From positions 15,025,884 to 15,089,883 of the forward strand of contig NC_092371.1 of assembly GCF_030028105.1 (NCBI RefSeq): DNA of 64,000 nucleotides, given 5' to 3'. The notes under the pieces are model-generated. The model was not told the origin of the DNA, did not search any database, and saw only the letters and a program-made list of their open reading frames with translations. Both the position numbers and the translations under genes were made by a program. Shown here piece by piece: positions 60,001 to 64,000 of the stretch. How positions within the stretch are numbered: the stretch's first letter is position 1; the number at the start of each line of letters is the position of its first letter. This DNA is from Mobula birostris. Its lineage: Eukaryota.

Positions 60001-63000
60001 ACGTGGATAGGAAGAAGGAGGAGGTCCTGCAAAGAGAGTTTATGAAGTTAGGGACAAATTGAAGTACAGGACCTCCAGGGTTTCAGTCTTAGGATTGCTA
60101 CCCGTGCGACGTGCCAGTGAGGCTAGAAATAGAAAGATAATGCAGCTAAATACGTGTCTAAGGAGTTGGTGCAGGAGCGAAAGCTTCACGTTTCTGGACA
60201 ATTGGGGCTTGCTCCAGGGAAGGTGGGACCTGTTCCGACGGGACGGGTTGCACCTGAACTGGTTGGGGACTAGCATCCTTGCGGAAAAGTTTGCTAGTTC
60301 TGCTCCGGGGGTTTTAAACTAGATTTGCAGGGAGAAGGAAATAGATAGAGCAGATAGTGAGGTTGAGGAGGGTAAAGGTCAAGCGAGAACTGCAAGTATA
60401 CTACATGGAGTAAAGCCAGATTTCACATATAAAGAGGTTCTGAAAAAAGAGAAGCAGAGCAAAGGGTGTAAAGGTAATAAGGTAGAAGGGCTAAAGGGCG
60501 TGTACTTCAATGCAAGAAGCATCAGCAACAAAGGTGATGAACTTGGATACATACATCGAATTATGATGTAGTGGCCATTACAGAGACTTGGCTGACACCA
60601 GAGAAGGAATGGATTTTCAATAGGCCTAGATTTCAGTGCTTTAAAAGGGATAGAGAGGGGGGAAACGGGAGGAGGGGTGGCATTACTGGTCAGGGATACT
60701 ATTACAGCTACAGAAAGCGTGGGTCATGTAGCAGGATCCTCTTTTAAGTCAGTATGGGTGGAATTCAGGAACAGGAAGGGAGCAGTTGCTCTATTGGGGA
60801 TATTCTATAGGCCCTGGTAGCAGCAGAGATACGAGGAGCAGTGTGTGAGGCAGATTTTGGAAAGGTACGAAAACAACAGGATTGTTTTCATAGGTGACTT
60901 TTACTTCCCTAATATGAATTGGCACCTGTTTAGTTCCAAGGGTTAAGACGGGGCAGAGTTTTTTTCAGTGTGTCCAGGATGGATTCCTGTCACAATATGT
61001 GGACAGGCCGACTAGCGGGGAGCCATACTAGATCTAGTACTAGGTAACGAACCGGGACAAGTCACAGATCTTTCAGTGGGTGAGCATCTGGGGGACATTG
61101 ACCACAGCTCCCTGGCCTTTAGCATTATCGTGGAAAGGGATAAAATCTGAGAGGACAGGAAAATGTTTAATTGGGGAAGGGCAAATTATAAGGCTATAAG
61201 GCTATAACTTGCGGTTGTGAATTGGGATGATGTTTTTGCAGGGAAATGTACCATGGACATGTGGTCGATGCTTTGGGATCTCTTGCGGGATGTTATGGAT
61301 AAATTTGTCCTGGTGAGGAAGATAAAGAATGGTAGGATGAAGGAACCATGGGTGACAAGTGAGGTGGAAAATCTAGTCAGGTGGAAGAAGGCAGCATACA
61401 TGACGTTTAGGAAGCAAGGATCAGATGGGTCTATTGAGGAATATAGGGTAGCAAGAAAGGAGCATAAGAAGGGGCTGAGGAGAGCAAGAACGGGGCATGA
61501 GAAGGCCTTGGCGAGTAGGGTAAAGGAAAAAAACCAAGGTATTCTTCAACTATGTGAAGAATAAAAAGATGACAGAAGTGAAGTTAGGACAGATTAGATA
61601 TAAAGGTGGTAAAATGTGCCTGGAGGCTGTGGAAGTTAGCGACGTCCTCAATGAATACCTCTCTTCGGTATTCACCAAACAGATGGAACTTGATGACGAT
61701 GAGGACAATAAGAGTGAGGTTTATGTTCTGGAGCATGTTGATATTAAGGGAGAAGAGGTGTTGGAGTTGTTAAAATACATTAGAACAGGTAAGTCCCCGG
61801 GGCCTGACGGAATATTCCCCAGGATGCTCCATGAGACGAGGGAAGTGATTGCTGAGCCTTTGGCTAGGATCTTCATGTCCTCGTTGTCCACAGGAATGGT
61901 ACCTGAGGATTGGAGGGAGGTGAATGTTATCCCCTAGTTCAAAAAAGGTAGTAGGGATAGTCCAGGTAATTATAGACCAGTGAGCCTTACGTCTGTGGTG
62001 GGAAAACTGTTGGAAAAGATTCTTAGAGATAGAATCTATGGGCATTTGGAGAATCATGGTCTGATCAGCGACAGTCAGCATGGCTTTGTGAAGGTCAGAT
62101 CGTGTCTAACAAGCCTGATAGAGTTCTTCAAGGAGGTGACTAGGCATATAGATGAGGTAGTGCAGTGGATGTCATCTATATGGATTTTAGTAAGGCATTT
62201 GACAACGTTCCACACGGTAGGCTTACTGAGAAAGTCCGAAGGCAAGAGATCCAGGGAAGTTTGGCCAGGTCGATTCAGAATTGGCTTGCCTCTAGAAGGC
62301 AGAGGGTCGTGGTGGAGAGGGTACATTCAGATTGGAGGATTGTGCCTGGTGGTGTCCCACAAGGATCTGTTCTGGGACCTCTACTTTTCGTGATTTTGTT
62401 AACGACCTGCATGTGGGGGTAGAAAGTTGCGTTGGCAAGTTTACAGACAACAAAAAGGTTGGTGGTGTTGTGGATATTGTAGAGGGTTGTCGAAGAATAC
62501 GGAGACGCAGAAGTGGGCTGAGAAGTGGCAGATGGAGTTCAACCCGGATAAGTGTGAGATGGTACACTTTGGAAGGACAAACTCCAAGGGAGAGTACAAA
62601 ATAAATGCCACAGGACTTGGTAGTGTGGAGGAGCAGAGGGATCTGGGGGTACATGTCCACAGATCCCTGAAGGTTGCCTCACAGGTAGATAGGGTAGTTA
62701 AGAAAGCTTATGGGGTGTTAGCTTTCATAAGTCGAGGGATAGAGTTTAAGAGTCGCTAAGTAATGATTCAGCTCTATAAAACTCTGGTTAGGCCACACTT
62801 GGAGTATTGTGTCCACTTCTGGTCGCCTCACTATAGGAAGGATGTGGAAGCATTGGAAAGGGTACAGAAGAGATTTACCAGATGCTGCTTGGTTTGCAGA
62901 GTATGAATTATGATCAGAGATTAAGGGAGCTAGGGCTTTACTCTTTGGAGAGAAGAAGGATGAGAGGAGACATGATGGAGGTGTACAAGATATTAAGAGG

Positions 63001-64000
63001 AATATATAGAGTGGACAGCCAGCGCCTCTTCCACAGGGCACCACTGCTCAATACAAGAGGACATGGCTTTACGGTAAGGAGTGAGAATTTCAAGGGGGAT
63101 GTCAGAGGAAGGTTTTTTACTCAAGTGTGGTTGGAGCGTGGAATGCATTTCCTGAGTCAGTGGTGCAGGCATATACAATAGAGAAATTTAAGAGCCTACT
63201 AGACGGGCATATGGAGGAATTTAAGGTGGCGGGTTATATGGGAGGCAGGGTTTAAGGGTTGGAACAACATTGTGGGCCAAAGGGCCTGTACTGTGCTGTA
63301 CTATTCTATGTTCTATGTTAAATGCCTCACTAAAATCCAAGTAGACAGCATCCACAGTTCCACTTTCGTGAATCACGCTCGTACCTCTTCATGAAACCGT
63401 CAAGTTTGTAAGACACGGCCCTAATGCTCTTAACGAGACCGAACACGGCCTCCATTTTATCTCGAAATGCCCTGTAATATCAACTTGCTTAGAACTGATC
63501 TCTCTGTCCTCCACGTCCTTCTACTTGGTAAGTGGTGCATTTATGTCTGCAGGGCACTCTAGGGCATATCAGGCCAGGACACAATCAGTCCGTATGCTCT
63601 CTTCTTCAGGCATCTGTAGAAGTTTGTGAAAGTTTTAGATTACATGGCAAACGTTTAAAAACTTCTAACAAAGAAGGGACGCTACCGTGCCTTCTGTGTA
63701 ATGGCAGTTTTGCGCTGGACACAGGACAGATTCTCTGAAATGGCAACGCTTAGGAATTTAATGTCGCTGACGGCGTCTACCTCTGATACCCCGATAAAGT
63801 CTGACTCATCTCCTTGTTCTAGCTGACATTGAGTGGGACGCTGTTTTTGTTACACCATTCAACCGGCTAAGCTCCCGACCGTATGGGTCAGGCCTATGAA
63901 CGAGGGAAGCAAAAGGTACACGATCAGCATTAGGAATTATATTCGAAGGACAGTGGTGGGTAGGTTTAGTGAGTTGCTAGGCTTAGCGGTGGACTCGGGT
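57042..64000. repeat. Segmental duplication block B, copy 2 (direct copy of 14475-18370) containing a large CR1 insertion
   Basis: Collinear with copy 1 on both sides of 59359-63317. Confidence 0.9.
59359..63317 (+). mobile_element. Near full-length but degenerate CR1 LINE (ORF1 Zn-finger/coiled-coil/esterase plus ORF2)
   Basis: DDYTCKRCIQLQLLTNRVRELELEL, DGLHLNW, APE and RT remnants, and a (TTCTATG)n tail; both ends are defined by the empty site at 16769/16770. Confidence 0.93.

Overview
Repeat-rich genomic DNA from a cartilaginous fish (shark or ray; inferred from the light-chain type and repeat families). The only convincing host gene is an apparently intact immunoglobulin light chain of the sigma-cart (NS5/type I) class at 30960-33106 (+): leader, V-J already fused in the genome with no RSS, and a C exon. 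A pseudogene paralogue (9132-9678) is also V-J joined, but with a CDR3 two codons longer. A heavily decayed unit on the minus strand (about 54720-55345) appears to keep the unrearranged V-RSS...RSS-J layout, and a much weaker joined remnant may lie at about 1.8-2.1 kb. The flanks of the 9 kb and 55 kb units are copies of one old segmental duplication, part of which has since been inverted, and each copy carries its own later insertions. The rest is retroelement and transposon sequence: many CR1 LINEs (one with a 969-codon ORF2), Penelope-like elements with minimal hammerhead ribozymes, a Gmr1-order Gypsy element, an R4/Dong-like element, L1 and Rex1/Babar-like fragments, a hAT derivative, a solo-LTR-like element and a tRNA-derived SINE. 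There is one 155-N gap. All alignments were done by eye, so boundaries of old repeats are approximate.
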